DNA from: Chrysomallon squamiferum
Taxonomy: Eukaryota > Animalia > Mollusca
Assembly: GCA_012295275.1 (NCBI GenBank)
Contig: CM022674.1
Coordinates: 14,074,001-14,138,000 of the forward strand
Length of the DNA stretch: 64,000 bases
Direction: 5' to 3'
The notes under the pieces are model-generated. The model searched no databases and had not been told where the DNA came from. It saw nothing but the letters and a program-made list of their open reading frames with translations. Shown here in pieces: positions 11,985 through 26,699 of the stretch; the stretch's first letter is position 1, and every line of letters starts with the position of its first letter. A program made the translations under genes and the position numbers.

Positions 11985-14010
11985 CATACAAGCACATACA
12001 CACATATATTCACATATACACAGAGTAAAAAGCGTATAAGATAAAATTAATAAAAGAAAACTATTTCTATTGATATCACAAACTAACAAGCAATGATCAG
12101 GTGTGTGTAAATGTTTAACTTGAGTAAATATATGTTACAATAAACTGTATGAAAATTCTAACAGAAGACATTTCAAATTTATGATTTACTTTGTTCTTTC
12201 GTGTAGCTTAGAAATTACAATTTACTCAAATCTGTTTGTATTCTCACATCTTTTCAGTTCAGCTTTCACAAGTAATGACAGTTGATTAATTATTTACTTA
12301 TTTTATTTATTCATGGTATTTCAAAGATTATATTTATGGCATGGAGTACATAACTGAAGTGTACTGTATGTAAACGTACATTCTTTAAGACACATGTGTA
12401 TACTTATGATACATACAGTACATTCACATGCACACACATAGATTCATATATAATATATGCATATATACATATTACACATGCATGCACAATGATATGTACA
12501 TACACATTCAAAAACACACACATATATACACATAAATACATACATGCATGGACACACACACACATATAAATCCATACACATACATAATAATATGATACAT
12601 TTACACATACATGGTTGTCTTGGTGGCTGGGAGGTAACATGGTCTGCCTGTGCAGTGGAAGTGAATGAGTATCATACACAGGAGTCTGGTAATCATTTCA
12701 TGACTGGACTTTGTCTTCCTGTGCCACTGCGTTCCTCAATACTGACTATGTGCAGAATCTGATTAGACATACATTCCAAAATAAATACACACAATACAGA
12801 TATACAGATATGCATATACACAACACATTAAAAAAAAATAAAAAAAATAAGAATTCCTCTTTTTTTACAATTATAGTGAAACAACATCCTTTATTACTGA
12901 GAATGAATTCACTGATTGTCAGTTTGTCAGACTGGTTTTTTCTGAGATTAGTGTGTTAATGAAAATAGTGTTAGTTTTATTAGTGCCCTGTTAGAAAACA
13001 TTTGGGATAGAATTAGAAAAAGATGAAAGCTGTTGTCTAGTTAATAATTTATAACAAATTATTTTACAGCAGTTTTCTAAAGAATAATGTTTGCATATCA
13101 GTTATTTTTTATGCAGGATTTTCCTGTAAGTCTGGGATGATAGGAAAAAATTAAATCAATGTTTTTATTAATGGAACATACTCAGCATGAATCTTTTTGT
13201 TCTTTATACAAGGAATATATTCAGTATGTTTCTTTCCTTTGTGCACAGTAAGCACAACATTCACTTTTCTAGTCATACACTGAATATATTCCTGATACAG
13301 AAACATTTATATATGTACATCATTGTACCTGACACATCAAACATTTAGTGTTTGATATTGAGCATGTTCCTCATTGTTCTTGATATATTCAGCATATTCC
13401 TGATTATTCCATGTAATGAACATATATATCTAACTGTTCCTGGTGCATTGAGCCTGACAAGACAAACATTCAGCAAATCTGATTATATATATATATATAT
13501 ATATCAGTATGACATGTCTGTACTGGCCAAATATTTTAATTGTTGTTTTTGATTGTTTGTATGAAAATGTGTCTAGACTTTATAATATTATATACAGTGG
13601 AACAGCATGTTATCTGTTTATTGAAAAACAAATAAAAATTCTATACTGGCAGCATATGCTTCATTTATTACTATTAATGTATTAGAGTTGCTTTCTGGGT
13701 TTTTTTTCCCCTTATAACATTGTGGATGTCAATAGTATTTGACTTTGTTAAAATGAAATAACTGGCCAGATTCTGTCAAGAGGTTGGTACTAACTAAATG
13801 TTTTGTAATTACTGACAATTTGAAAAAATTATTAACATTAGCGATGTTTAATATTTAAGGTATATATATATATACACACATACACACACAGACAGATGCA
13901 TGGATGCACACACACACACACAGGCATACAAGTACATACAACACTGATTTGATTATAAACATGTTCTTACTTTCTGTAGCTATACTGGTAAAACTAATTA
14001 TAGTTCTTAC

Positions 14011-14062
<52 letters not shown>

Positions 14063-17000
14063 ATGTGAATAAGGGTAATTCATAACCTGTATAGGTAACT
14101 TCCCTTGACCCAGATTTTTATAAAAATGTCTCAGCAGACAGAATGTGTTGATAAATATATTTTTTTTAAACTGAACTGTGAATTTAATGTTGTAACATTG
14201 TGAAAGTAATATTTGTGTTTTATTTCTTTGCAAAACATACATACAACTGTATAAATATTCATTTGACAACAACTCAGAACACATTAATATCGCTTTATTT
14301 AGACTTAAGTTCAAAGTCTACATTAGACTGTATGTTAATTACAATATCATTCATTAATGATTTTTACAACATGCCACTATGTTACCTGTTTTATCAAATT
14401 CAAAAAATATTAAATACAGATCATAAAAAAATATTAAAACAAGATTATAAAAGTGTTAAAATTAATTTTTAAATATTAAAAACAGATTATAAAAAATATT
14501 AAAACAAGATTACGAAGTTATTAAATTTTGTTTTTAACTATATTAAAATTAAATTATTAAAAGATAATAAAACAAGATTATAAAAATATTAAAATTATAT
14601 AAGATGTTACCAAATTGAACTTAATCATTTTAATTTATGATAACTGATAACAAATTATTAATTTTTCTTTTAAAATAGCCATTGTTACAACAGTAAATCT
14701 CTTTTAAAAAATTAGCTTTCTTGATTGTAAACATGTCTATTGTGACAGATTTATTGTGTAAATAAAAATATTTTATGTTACCTGCATGAACTTTGCTGAA
14801 TATACCTGTATTGGCAGATTACATTTTAATTATTCTTTATACTTTCTACACTTTTGATTAAAAATGAAGGTAAAATAATAATAATAATATTTTACCTGTT
14901 CAAAAACTATCACAGTCTGATATTTGTATCGGTTAACATATTGCACTGTGGAAATAAAAATGTATTGCTCTTTCATATTTCTGTAGTCATACCTGTTTCA
15001 CCTTGCATTTATTACTCTCAATCAATGATTTTATAGTGTTATTGAAAAGATCTGTGTTACCTGATTATTGGCAGATTTACCTTGACCTGGTTAGTGAGAC
15101 GTTTGTGTCCGAGACAGATTGCATACTGATCAGACCTGAATAAAAACAATATTTTACTGATTCTTTTACAATATTATTATTTTATTTTTTGTGTTGCTGT
15201 TTTAAGAGCACCTGTCTGTATTCCAAGCTGTAAATGAGGAGACTCAGTTTTATTAGCAGTCTCCTCCTAGAACTGTTTCATACTCAGTGTGTTTTACTAT
15301 AACCACTTTCACAAATTTTGGTGTTTATTAATAAAAATTCATGATTCACTGAAATTCTGCACTGAATTAATTAGAGAAATCACATATTTACACATAGTGT
15401 GATTTCATATCCAGTGCAGTTATTTAGTTCTGTCTTGAAAAACTGGGCCGCAGTGATGTCAGGGTAATTATTCTTTTACTTTCTGAAAATTTTGTTTCAG
15501 TTTACTGTTTGTGTATTTCTTGATTTCTCACTTTAAACAAGTCCATAAGTTTCTTTCTCTCTTTCATTAAAAGATGATAATACTATATGAAAAAAACATA
15601 ACAACAGAATTGGCTAAATTACTAAATAATTAAAGTTTCTGTTTCAGAATAAATCCACATTGATCAGCAGCAGTTCCTAACCCTACTTGACTGGACCCTA
15701 AATTGACAGTCAGTGTGTCCTTGAAATCCTTAGTTATAAAGTAATCATTGTCTCAAGATCTCTGCAGATCTGATTAGGACAGAAATGACTGATCTAATAA
15801 ATAACAGTGTGACCATGACAAACATACTTGTAACAAAGACTGAGGTGAACATATTATGTCTAATAAAGATAACCTGTACTTGTTGCTTAAATGCTTCAAT
15901 AGCATGTCCACAACAAATATGCTTGTACCAAACTGACAATAACATTAATGAGGACATCTATAATTGTTGATGTAAACACTTTAATAAAGTTTTCTAGACA
16001 AATATATAAACACATAACATTACAGACATCTACAATATTTAATTTGTATCCAGAACATGCTTGTTCTGTATATTGATGTTAACATATAACATTATGGACA
16101 TCTCTCCTATTTATTATTGTGTCCACAGCAAACATGCTTGTACAGTACACCAATGCAGACATTTTTGAGAAGGGAGACTGAAACTACTGTGTAACTGAAC
16201 AGACATGTTTTTGTGCACTCACTGACAGAAGATGTATGTTTTACTTGTCCAGGCCTGACAGCTCACACCTCCACACTGATTTTCTTTTTTTTCTTAAATA
16301 CCTGTTTTGTTCTCTTGACCTAGTTACCTGTCAGCATGATCTAGCTGTCTTTGATGTTCTGTCAATACACACACTTGAAGTTACTTCAATTACAGCACAC
16401 GAGACAAATAAAAAGTGTTTATTCATCTTTCCTCGTCAAGTAAAAACCTGTATTACACTCAGCTACACAGTGTTGAAAAATCCATTGTTTTTAATGAAGT
16501 TATGGATATGGGTGCACTTTATAGACACAATGGAATTTTCAACTACCTGCACTGTAAGCATTGATTTAGAAGGAAGAAGAAAATTTCTTTATTGATTGCT
16601 ATAAAGTCTTAAGATATAAAAAAAATAAAAATAAAATATTTTGGTTTTTAGAAGCCTTATTTCATTGTTAAAAAATAAAATTAAAAAAACGGAGTGAGTG
16701 AGATTTTGTTAATTAAGCAGACTAAACTTTGGTATCACTTTTTTCATAGTCACCTTGAATAATGTTATAAAGAATTGTGTTAAGGTATCTTCATGTCTAC
16801 ATGTTCATGCATTTAATAAATCTCACCTAACTTCATTAATCATATTCAGCAGATAATATTTTTATTTAGTCAAGGTATATTAAATATTCATTAATTCATC
16901 CATCCATTCCCATCTGTTGATCCATATATCCATCAATACATCAGTTCATCCATCCATTCATTTTTAAATGACTCAGAATTTCCATCATTTAGTACACACA

Positions 17001-18157
17001 GAAGGAATTAGTTTGTCCTAGAGATGTCTTTAAATAAAACTGATTATATTTTAGAAATCATTCTTTAGTGGCAAAATTTAAAAAAAAAAAAAAGAAAAAA
17101 TAACAAATTACAGATTTTAACTGAATATTATAAGATCAAAAATTAATAATAATAACAATAATTCATTCTTTTCAGTAATAGTAAACATAAAAAAATAAAA
17201 AATGAGTATTATACTGTCACAGGTTAGAGATACTGAACAGATTGCTCACAGGTCACAGAAAGTTGTAAAACTACACAGGACACTGTGTGTGACAAATGTC
17301 ATTAGACACAAAAAAAACCTGTGTCATGTCAGTCTGTAGAAACCCAGAATGTAAAACATGCCTCTGTCACAAAAGGAAAACAATTAGCTGAAATGAAAGT
17401 TGTTATCTAGCAGGTATCTTGAGTCTTTTGTCGGACTTGGTAATTACACTGTTTGTGTTCTTTCTATAATTGTCTGACACATGGAAATGGCCATCCCTGA
17501 TTTTTTTTTTTTTTTTTTTTTTTTTTTGAACTTTGCTGCAATTAACAGAATTTTTTTCTTTCTGTGAATTATGTTCAGTTTTGGAAACTTTTAGGAATTG
17601 TTATGGATACATTTCTTAATGATTCACTTAATTTCAGGCTACATTTGTATGCACTTTAGATTTTGTTTGTTACTGTAATTACTGTAGTTACTATGATTTC
17701 TGTTTCAGTAAATTAAAAATCAGGTGTGTGTGTGTATATATATATATGTGTCTGTATGTGTGTACATGTTTATATGTCTGTGTGAATGTTTCCTTGGACT
17801 ATTTTGTTAAACTATCAAACCTCTGTACTGTTTTTCGGGATTTATTAATGCAGTAAATGTATACATATTTATGGAGATTCATACAAGCACATATTTATTT
17901 TAATGCATATACAACAGGGCAACACATAATAAAAGAAACAAATGTACATGTATTTGCATTTAAAATGTCCATCAAGAATCACACCTAGAGAGTTTATAAA
18001 GGGAAGGTGTTTTGACATTCTGACATCACTAGTCACAATACTTACTGTCAGATGTATTGGTTTTAGAAGGTTGTTGTAGCTGCAGCCATGTAGTGCATAT
18101 TATATCTGATTGTTTGATATATAAATAATCATATAGGTCTCTATAAATTATAGATGA

Positions 18158-18349
<192 letters not shown>

Positions 18350-18655
18350 TAGCTCTATCTGTTTCTCAGTCTCTGTCAATTTATATGTGTCTGTCTGTCT
18401 TTCTATCTCTCTGGCATGCTGTCTTTCTTTCTATCTTTAACTTTGGTTTTCTTCATTTCTTCATCTTTCTCTTGCAATTCTGTTTAATTAATATAGGTAT
18501 TTATCTTATGATTTTCCTTTTCTTCTTTCTGATACAAACAAATAATAATTATAAAATACATATAACGATATAAAATAAAAAAATAAAAAAAATAAAATGA
18601 ATATCAAAATAAATGATGATGATTTTAATAATAATTAAAAATTGAAATAATTTAA

Positions 18656-18686
<31 letters not shown>

Positions 18687-19103
18687 AAGCAGTAAATGTA
18701 TACATCTCATACATTTTTTAATGTCAAATAAATATGCATGGTACATATTAACAACATTAAATAAAAACAAGTTTAAAATTATAAAACAGTAATAAAGTGT
18801 ATCTCAGTTACACTGACAGTAACACAGAGTAATTGCTCTGAAGACTGCAGGCAGACTGGGACAGGGTGATTTTTACCTGAGTAGTTGTAGGTCAGTCATT
18901 AACAGGTAAATCAATGATAGAATCCAGGTGCCACACATTCTGCCTGATTGATTTGTCAGCTGACAGAAATAAACTCTACAGAGATGTTTTGTCTGTAATG
19001 TTCTGTCTGTGTTGTCAAATTCTGTTCTGTCTGTTACACACACACACACACAGACACACACACACAGACACACACACAGACACACACAAACACACACACA
19101 CAG

Positions 19104-19135
<32 letters not shown>

Positions 19136-19611
19136 AGACACAGACACAAACACACACACAGACACAAACACACACACACAGACACACACAGACACAGTGA
19201 CTGTTTTAAGTGGAGATGTTAGAAATAGCTTGACTGACAAATAGATGAAGACTTAATTGATGTAGAAACGTGATGAGACTTCGCATCTTTTCCTATTTAA
19301 TTTATATGATACATTTTTTGAAATCACAGGATACAGAAATGAAGTGATCAAACATGGAATTTATTAAATTTATATTTATAATAATTTTTAAAAATGTTAT
19401 GTTTAATAATTGTGAAAAATTAAATATTAATTTTCTTCTATAGATAGTTAATAATAAAATTTAAAGACTGGATTGAGGATGTTGTCCTGTACCTTTTCAT
19501 TTCCAGTTCCAACTTTTGTCTGTGTTGTACTTTGTCATGAAGAGGTGAATGTGTTTTACACTTCACTGATGTGAAGGTTTGATTCTCATTTGAATGTTTG
19601 TTTTATTTAAG

Positions 19612-19692
19612 GGATCTTACTGGGCCATTGACAACAACCCACCAGAAGACCCAATCCCCTCCCGCCACAAGAAACGTCGCCATAACGACAGA
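19612..19692 (+). CDS. FOXJ3: FoxJ2/3 exon 3 (end of forkhead domain, NLS-like basic patch)
   Basis: ttatttaag|GSYWAIDNNPPEDPIPSRHKKRRHNDR|gtgagt. Confidence 0.95.
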
Positions 19693-19939
19693 GTGAGTTT
19701 CATTTCATTTTATTTTACACCACAAATTACAGTTAAATTACTATCATTAAGTCAAAAAAACAAAGATACAGCTGAATTTATTTTAAAAATCAAATCAGTA
19801 GCAAACAGTTCAAACCACTGAAACTTTTGTGTGTGTGAGAGATTATTTTTATTTTTCATTTATATAATTTAAAAAAAATATTTGTGAAACTTATTTATTT
19901 ATTTATTTTATTTATTTTATTTATTTTATTTATTTCTAG

Positions 19940-20023
19940 GCTTCTCCGTACAGCCCAGAACTTTCTCCTGGTTTGCCTGTCATATCATCTCCAGCTGACC
20001 AGCAAGTGACTGGACATCAAAAT
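19940..20023 (+). CDS. FOXJ3: FoxJ2/3 exon 4
   Basis: tatttctag|ASPYSPELSPGLPVISSPADQQVTGHQN|gtgagt, phase 0/0. Confidence 0.88.
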
Positions 20024-21129
20024 GTGAGTTTGTTTTTATTTATCATACAACTGTGTCATATCTGTGTTACCTAGGGGGGGAACCCACCAAAATCTAAACT
20101 TCAGAATATTGTTAGTTGCTTTAAAACACACACACAATGTATATACATATCTGTAGAATATGGGGCATATGATCTACAATGTAGTATTAAACATTAATAC
20201 AGATTTAAATTAGTACATTTAAAAAAATCTCTGAAATCTTTTTAGTATGAAAAGGTTTGCCAGTATTTTGTTAATTAAAAATGATTTAAAAACCATATGC
20301 AAACAATAAACTCTAATTTTTTTTTATTTCGACATTCATTAAATAGTAATACAAAAATAACATATCAATGTAAGTACAGAAAAAGAACAAGAAAAAATAA
20401 AACAAAAAAAGAAATAATAATAATAAATAAAAAAGAAAATAATAATAATAAACTAAAAGAAAATAAATAAATAAGTAAATAATACCCCCCCCCATCAAGA
20501 CAACCCATTGTTGATGATTATTAATGACAAAAACTGATTTCTTAATCTAACTGAAATTTAATAGAGTAAAATGATTTTTGGTGCTTTTAAATCCATTGAA
20601 CACGAATGATGATAATAATAGAGTTTGACTGTTAAATCACCCCATATCATATCATATCATATCATGTGAACTAGACCACCTGTTTAAAACGTGTTTACTA
20701 CTGCATACCTAAAAGCATATCCTATCACCTACTTAAAAACATATCTGTTTACCGCATACATAGTCATAAAGACATTACATGTTTATTGCATGATTTTTTG
20801 AAAACATAAATATTTATTACAGATGTATGTGAAAAACATTACATACGTTCAATACACAAACATTCAGAACGTCACAATGGACTTACTGCTCAGTGTTAAT
20901 GTATATAAAATATCTCTCTCATATTTCTTCTTCATTTTTTATTCTGTCACACTGGATTAATTAATCTATGAAGTCATTGAACCCTTCTCACAATTAAGAC
21001 CACCAGGCAAAACACTTGGCTTTGTGGAAAACGAGTCATGCATGAAAGAATGTTCATATCAGACATATTGATCAGTTGGTGATACGGTTCAGTTAGTGTC
21101 TCTCATCAATAGATAATTCTTTATCAATA

Positions 21130-22724
21130 CATTATAATCTTTTAATAATATTAAATATATTTTTTTTTTTTAGTATGTAATACTAAATAGATTTTATTTT
21201 CATATCTCAGAGTCTAATAATAAATATAGTCTTATATCAGAAAATATTAAATATAATTTTATGTCAGAATGTAAAGTTAAATAGATTTTTATGTTAGAAT
21301 GTGATAATAAATATAACTTAAGTTTTCATCTAAAAATGTAATATTAAATGTTTCTTTATGATAGAATGTAATATTAAACACTTTTTTGACAGAATGAAAT
21401 ATTAAATATAATTTTGTGATGTCTCAGAATGTGATAATAAATATATTGTTTTAAATCTAAGACAGTAATATTAAATGGATTTTTATAGAATGTAATGTTA
21501 AATAGGTTTTTATGTTAGAATGTAATGTTATAAATATAAATATATTTTTGTGAAAAAGTAATATTAAATATAATTTCAAGTCAGACTGTACAAATATAAA
21601 TGTATTGTTATCTCAAAATGAAATACTAATAATTATAATAGAATGTAATATTAAATGTATATTTATGATAGAATGTATATTAAAATTTGTCTCATTTCAT
21701 AATGTGATAATAAATATATTTATATTTCAGAATATAATATTAAATACATTTTCATGTTAGAACATAATATCAAATACATTTGTTAACATGTAATATATGG
21801 GGTCATTCAAAAGTCCTGCAACACTTTTAAATTTTAATTAAATGAATTATTCTTGAACTTTCTATACACTGCTACAGTTTGTCCCATAATGATAAAATCC
21901 CTCTTCTTCTGTTTTCTTAGGCTCCGTAGGTTTCAACGCGAGCACCTTCTTTTTGGAGAAACATTGCCCACTTCTTCAGGTTCAGTTATCTAGCGATGCT
22001 TTGAAACGTTTTTCTCCCTGAGTTTGAACGTATAGCCAGTGTTGATGATTGTTTTTTCCAGTAGGAATGCTTGAAGAGCTGGGCAATGTGTCTTGAAAAA
22101 GAAGATGCTCATACTGAAGTCTACAGAGCGTTAGAAAACAGGGGGAGAGGCATTTATTCATTATGGGACACACTATAGCAGTCTATAGAAAGTTCACGAG
22201 AAATTATGTTCAGATCCATAAAGCTGTTTTCATTTAATCAAAATTTAAAAGTGTAGCAGGACTTTTGAATGATCCTGTACCTATTTTTGTTATGATGTAA
22301 TACTAAAATATTGGGGTTTTTTCTTGTCTTTTTTATCTCTGAATATGATAATTTGTATATATTTTTATGTTAGAATACAATATTAAGTATATTTTTGTGT
22401 TAGAATGTAGTATTTTTATGTTGAACTGTAAAATTAAATATATTTGTGTTAGAATGTAATGCTTAGGATATATTTTGTTAGAATATAATATCAAAATGTT
22501 TCTGTTACAATATAATATTCAGTACATTTTCAAGTCAGATTGTGATATTACAATATTTTTTATGATTAAATGTAATATTAATTACATTTCTTTTTTTGTT
22601 AAACTTTAGTATTAAATATGTTTAATGTTAGAATGTAATGTTAAAATATTGTAATATTTTAATCATATATTAGATAAATATTTAAGTTGTAAAATTAGAC
22701 ATACTTCTATGTTAGAATGTAATA
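21130..22724. repeat. Degenerate AT-rich ~30-bp tandem array (TTTTATGTTAGAATGTAATATTAAATA), interrupted by a MITE
   Basis: Core AGAATGTAATATTAAA recurs on both sides of the 21798-22277 insertion. Confidence 0.8.
21798..22277. mobile_element. Non-autonomous Tc1/mariner-type element (MITE), ~480 bp
   Basis: Imperfect ~100-bp terminal inverted repeats: left TGGGGTCATTCAAAAGTCCTGCAACACTTTTAAATTTT, right end ...AAAATTTAAAAGTGTAGCAGGACTTTTGAATGATCCTG. TA flanks both ends. No intact transposase. Confidence 0.85.
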
Positions 22725-24495
22725 CTGACTTTACTTTGTACTGTGTGTGTCTTGAGGCTGTTTTACTTTGTATTGTGTGTGTCTTGAGGCTGTTTTACTT
22801 TGTACTGTGTGTGTCTTGAGGCTGACTACACTTTGTACTGTGTGTGTCTTGAGGCTGTTTTACTTTGTACTGTGTGTGTCTTGAGGCTGTTTTACTTTGT
22901 ACTGTGTGTGTCTTGAGGCTGTTTTACTTTGTACTGTGTGTGTCTTGAGGCTGACTACACTTTGTACTGTGTGTGTCTTGAGGCTGACTACACTTTGTAC
23001 TGTGTGTGTCTTGAGGCTGACTACACTTTGTATTGTGTGTGTCTTGAGGCTGACTACACTTTGTACTGTGTGTGTCTTGAGGCTGACTACACTTTGTACT
23101 GTGTGTGTCTTGAGGCTGACTTTACTTTGTATTGTGTGTGTCTTGAGGCTGACTTTACTTTGTACTGTGTGTGTCTTGAGGCTGACTACACTTTGTACTG
23201 TGTGTGTCTTGAGGCTGACTACACTTTGTACTGTGTGTGTCTTGAGGCTCACTACACTTTGTACTGTGTGTTTCTTGAGGCTGACTACACTTTGTACTGT
23301 GTGTGTCTTGAGGCTGACTACACTTTGTACTGTGTGTGTCTTGAGGCTGACTACACTTTGTACTGTGTGTGTCTTGAGGCTCACTACACTTTGTACTGTG
23401 TGTTTCTTGAGGCTGACTACACTTTGTACTGTGTGTGTCTTGAGGCTGACTACACTTTGTACTGTGTGTGTCTTGAGGCTGACTACACTTTGTGTGTGTG
23501 TGTGTCTTGAGGCTGACTACACTTTGTACTGTGTGTGTCTTGAGGCTGACTACACTTTGTACTGTGTGTGTCTTGAGGCTGACTACACTTTGTACTGTGT
23601 GTGTGTCTTGAGGCTGACTACACTTTGTACTGTGTGTGTGTCTTGAGGCTGACTACACTTTGTACTGTGTGTGTCTTGAGGCTGACTACACTTTGTATTG
23701 TGTGTGTCTTGAGGCTGACTTGACTATTATTGTGTGTGTGTCTTGAGGCTGACTACACTTTGTATTGTGTGTGTCTTGAGGCTGACTACACTTTGTATTG
23801 TGTGTGTCTTGAGGCTGACTTTACTTTGTACTGTGTGTGTCTTGAAGCTGACTTTACTTTGTATTGTGTGTCTTGAGGCTGACTACACTTTGTATTGTGT
23901 GTGTCTTGAGGCTGACTACACTTTGTATTGTGTGTGTCTTGAGGCTGACTACACTTTGTATTGTGTGTGTCTTGAGGCTGACTACACTTTGTATTGTGTG
24001 TGTCTTGAGGCTGACTACACTTTGTACTGTGTGTGTCTTGAGGCTGACCATATTTTGTATTGTGTGTGTCTTGAGGCTGACCATATTTTGTATTGTGTGT
24101 GTCTTGAGGCTGACTTTACTTTGTACTGTGTGTGTCTTGAGGCTGACTTTACTTTGTATTGTGTGTGTCTTAAGGCTGACTATACTTTATATTGTGTGTG
24201 TCTTGAGGCTGACTTTACTTTGTATTGTGTGTTTCTTAAGGCTGACTATACTTTATATTGTGTGTGTCTTAAGGCTGACTTTACTTTGTACTGTGTGTTT
24301 CTTGAGGCTGACTATACTTTGTATTGTGTGTCTTAAGGCTGACTATACTTTATATTTGGTGTGCATTGAGGCTGACCATACTTTAAGTTATTTGTGCCTA
24401 GAAGCTGACTATATAATATCTGTGCCTTGAGTTCGATTATACTTTATACTGTTTGTGCCTTGAGGCTGACTGTATATTGTGTGTCTTGGGGTGGA
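22725..24495. repeat. 33-bp minisatellite (CTGACTACACTTTGTACTGTGTGTGTCTTGAGG), ~50 copies
   Basis: Clear 33-bp period, degenerating at the right end. It explains the repetitive ORFs at 22860-24430. Confidence 0.97.
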
Positions 24496-25075
24496 CTATT
24501 TACAACTACTCTACTGTCCTAATAGATTAATGTAAGCAGTTCTTGTTACACTACACTAGTCACTGTATGGTAAACCACATGAAAGAAAAATAAAACAGCT
24601 TGTTGAATCGTAAAGACGCAGGCATCTTGCCAACTGAGCTAATTATAGAATGTTTGTCAGTGCCTTTCTAAATTGGTTTAATATGTAATACATACAACAG
24701 TGTAAAATACAGATAACATATACATAGTGACAAACCCACATACTGGCATAAACACAAAACACAGACTGATGACTATACAGATTTTTACTAACAGTGGAAG
24801 ATGAAACTGCTTTCATGTTATTTTTTATTTTTATGTAAAGAAATATTGTTTTACTACTCTACTGCTACCACTACTATGCTACCTTTACTGCAGCTGCTAA
24901 TACTACTACTGTTACTACTACTATTACTACTACGACGACTACTACTACTATTATTGTTGTTACTGCTTTGTTATTGTTATTGTTACTCCTAATGTTATTA
25001 TATTGAAACATAAATAGAAAACAAAACACTAAAGGTGAAATGTTTATTGATTATTGTGAATGTATGTATGTTTAA

Positions 25076-25287
25076 TTATATATGTAATAGTTCAAGTAAG
25101 TAAGATTATCTAATCATGCATGTTTGTTTCAGTGCATGTATCAGTGAATGTGCAGTCATCCATAAATGTGTGTGTGTGTGTGTGTGTGTGTTTTTAGTTA
25201 TATATGTAGTAGTTCAAGTAAGTAAGATCATCTAATCATGCATGTGTGTTTCAGTCCATATATCAGTGAATGTGCAGTCACCCATAA

Positions 25288-25292
<5 letters not shown>
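25076..25292. repeat. Direct duplication of ~90 bp, each copy followed by (TG)n
   Basis: TAGTTCAAGTAAGTAAGAT.ATCTAATCATGCATG...CAGTGAATGTGCAGTCA.CCATAAAT occurs twice. Confidence 0.85.
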
Positions 25293-25338
<46 letters not shown>

Positions 25339-26699
25339 TGTATGTGTGTGTGTGTGAATGTGTATGTGTGTGTGCAGGAGTATAATTCACTTTGTAAAAC
25401 TCGTGTCTTCAGTTTTTTCCTATGTCTTAGCATCTAATTAATTTTATTTTATTTTATTTTATTTTATTTTATTCTATCTCTCCATCTATTCATACATCCA
25501 TTCATCTATCTATCTATCTATAAATAATTTTTAGAATAGGCATCATCATTCACGGAAGTATCAGATATTAAATGAGCTAGAACTGTCCTGAGAAAGTTTT
25601 AAGTTGATCTAAATACAATGTGTCACAATGTTAAACATTAAACTGTTGTTTTACACTGTGATAGATTGTTTGTCTGATGTGTTCACCTCCCCACATTAAT
25701 GTTACTGTAATAAAAACCAGTTATGTAATTTAAGAAGAAGAGAATATTATTATCATTGCAGTCACCATATTAATATAACAGCAATAATATAAAAAGTTAA
25801 ATAAAAAGAAAAGACACACCCACACATAGATACATGCATACATAAATGTTAACACATACACACATACATTGATACATACACATACACACACATACATACA
25901 TACATACATAAATGAATATTAACACATACATTCAAACGTGCATATATACATATCTACATATACATACCTATACACACAGGCACATTTGCGCATACACCCA
26001 CATACACATGTACATATATATAAACACACATTCATTGTAATACATGTGTATCTACCTGTCTATACAGACAAACCAATCTTCAATTTTTTGTACATATCTA
26101 GGTCAATCAGGTTAAGTGATGATCTAAAGCCATTTTTTTTTTTTTTTTTTTTTTGTTACATTAATTATCCTACAAGACAAACTGGACTGATTGGGTATCT
26201 CTCGTATTGCACAGTGTGTGTATTAATTATTAACTCACTGTTTATTGATTGATGTTGCTAATGAGATTCTGTCACTTCATGTCTCAGCAGCCTGTTCAAT
26301 AAAAACCTATGTAGATAAAAAAGAAATAAAAAAATTAATAAGTGAAAAGACTGGCTTTTCGAAATGAAGCAGTCAGCTGTAATTGTGAATTAGTTAATTG
26401 AACAAACCAAAACCAAAATACTAACATAAAATAATTTTCTTGTTGGAACGGGACAAAATGTGGATTATGTGCAGAAGTGGTGTTTGTCAGTGTTAAAGAG
26501 AAACATAAAATAATTTTTTTGAAATTTAAAAAAAATCCCAAAATAATAATAAACAAATAATGAAAATTAAAAAAAAAAAAAAAAAAAAGGGAAAAGAAAA
26601 AGAAAATTAAAATAAAATATGTTAATTTGATCTGTAAAAAGAGTTATCACTGGAGACAGTAAACAGACAGAAACTTACTTAGTAAAACCATTTCTGTAT

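Noticed and set aside
14400-16200. Decayed ~22-bp (AAAAATATTAAAACAAGATTAT) and ~80-bp (AACATGCTTGTAC...GGACATCT) repeats in FoxJ2/3 intron 1
   Set aside because: Ordinary old tandem duplications with no link to splice sites, ORFs or element termini.
22860-24430. Long 11-aa-repeat ORFs (YCVCLEADYTL etc.)
   Set aside because: They are translations of the 33-bp intronic minisatellite, broken by (TG) slippage frameshifts and with no credible splice linkage.
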